Source: an uncultured Bacilli bacterium (GTDB lineage Bacteria > Bacillota_I > Bacilli_A > RF39 > UBA660). Taken from it: 49,042 nucleotides of DNA. The stretch is taken from positions 1 to 49,042 of the forward strand of contig CANRJE010000002.1 in the NCBI GenBank assembly GCA_947630865.1, read 5' to 3'. Below the pieces are notes generated by a model. That model was not told the DNA's origin and searched no databases. It saw only the letters and a program-made list of their open reading frames with translations. A program made the position numbers and the translations under genes. The stretch's first letter is position 1. Every line of letters starts with the position of its first letter. This document shows, in pieces, positions 48,585 to 49,042 of this stretch.

Positions 48585-48668
48585 ATGAACAAGAAGGATT
48601 TTTTAATTCTATCTTTAGTAATTCTTATTTTCCTTTTAGTATTATTATTATTTATAGTTTTAATATAA
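48585..48668 (+). CDS. 27-aa hydrophobic peptide, candidate type I toxin (cassette 1)
   Basis: GGGAGG RBS 8 nt upstream. MNKKDFLILSLVILIFLLVLLLFIVLI. Not in the ORF track (too short). Paralog at 48912. Confidence 0.5.
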   Translation: MNKKDFLILSLVILIFLLVLLLFIVLI

Positions 48669-48780
48669 AAGAAAATCACCTAAACAACATGCTTAGGTGA
48701 TTAACCATATAAAATATTGGCAACACTCAACATGTGAAAATTAAGTGTTCCTTTTTTATTTTATGAAGTTTCCTTCATCT
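48665..48780 (-). ncRNA. predicted antisense small RNA convergent with cassette 1 (candidate type I antitoxin)
   Basis: Minus-strand promoter TTGACA (48815-48810), 17-nt spacer, TGTTAGTAT (-10 at 48792-48787). Minus-oriented terminator: 10-bp hairpin 48674-48702 followed on the minus strand by TTTCTTTTAT. Ends are approximate. Confidence 0.4.
48722..48762 (+). terminator. plus-strand intrinsic terminator of cassette 1 mRNA
   Basis: AACACT / AGTGTT stem followed by CCTTTTTTATTTT. Confidence 0.5.
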
Positions 48781-48822
48781 ATATACATACTAACATAATT
48801 TTAATGATTTGTCAAAGTAGCA

Positions 48823-48851
48823 TTGTCAACATATCAGACATTTGTTATAAT
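48823..48851 (+). promoter_or_regulatory. sigma-A promoter of small-peptide cassette 2
   Basis: TTGTCA, 17-nt spacer, TGTTATAAT. Near-identical to the cassette 1 promoter. Confidence 0.6.
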
Positions 48852-48911
48852 GACTTTGGAACATTTAATAGTTGGGTGAAGCCGAACTTCATAAAGAAGG
48901 GAGGTGATAAT

Positions 48912-48992
48912 ATGTCAAAGAAAGATTTTTTAATATCTTCATTGATTATCATTATCCTTTTACTTATAGGTTTATTGTTTATAACACTATAA
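48912..48992 (+). CDS. 26-aa hydrophobic peptide, candidate type I toxin (cassette 2)
   Basis: GGGAGGTG RBS. MSKKDFLISSLIIIILLLIGLLFITL. The 62-aa track ORF (48804..48992) is an in-frame upstream extension running across the promoter. Confidence 0.5.
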   Translation: MSKKDFLISSLIIIILLLIGLLFITL

Positions 48993-49042
48993 TAAAAGAG
49001 TCACCTAAACAACATGCTTAGGTGATTAACCAAATAATTGGC

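Noticed and set aside
48804-48992. The 62-aa ORF in the supplied track.
   Set aside because: Its first 36 codons run across the cassette 2 promoter and leader and have no RBS. The conserved GGGAGG RBS sits in front of the internal ATG at 48912, and that start matches the 27-aa paralog at 48585. It is therefore called as a 26-aa ORF instead.

Overview
Very AT-rich, densely packed bacterial chromosome segment. It uses the standard code (TGA acts as a stop and all conserved proteins are intact under code 11). Gene content and order look like a low-GC Bacillota lineage, possibly Erysipelotrichia-like or another reduced-genome Bacilli lineage; I cannot place it more precisely. All homology calls come from motifs I recognised by eye in the supplied translations; no searches were run.

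Most of the window is housekeeping: parE-parC, a Rel/SpoT homolog, gltX, dnaE, pyk, rnc, comEA-comEC, nrdDG, a GT2 glycosyltransferase plus glf, and pyrG. No tRNA, rRNA, CRISPR array, integrase or transposase was seen.

Regions that stand out:
1. 48.5-49.0 kb: a tandem pair of cassettes, each encoding a 26-27 aa hydrophobic peptide. The promoter, leader and 3' hairpin are near-identical between copies while the ORFs have diverged. A strong convergent minus-strand promoter and a minus-oriented intrinsic terminator predict an antisense RNA of about 115 nt. This is a type I toxin-antitoxin-like architecture.
2. 37.8-45.9 kb: a cell-envelope stress supercluster. A BceRS-BceAB-type module has two copies of a TTAC(A/G)-N4-TGTAA inverted repeat at its two promoters. 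A VanZ-RDD fusion is co-transcribed with it. A membrane-tethered XRE regulator follows, then an operon of a membrane-anchored cyclophilin-like protein, a BcrC-like PAP2 phosphatase, DgkA and a NERD-zinc-ribbon protein.
3. 22.6-28.2 kb: a non-canonical competence locus. A lone prepilin-like gene overlaps the rnc stop. A tail-anchored surface protein carrying 51 uninterrupted heptads overlaps the comEA start.
4. Several naturally degenerate enzymes: a Rel homolog with Gln in place of the ExQIRT glutamate and no C-terminal regulatory domains; a metallophosphoesterase homolog lacking all its His ligands and coupled to a CPBP protease; a ZnuA-like lipoprotein without metal ligands; and DnaE with a degenerate PHP domain.
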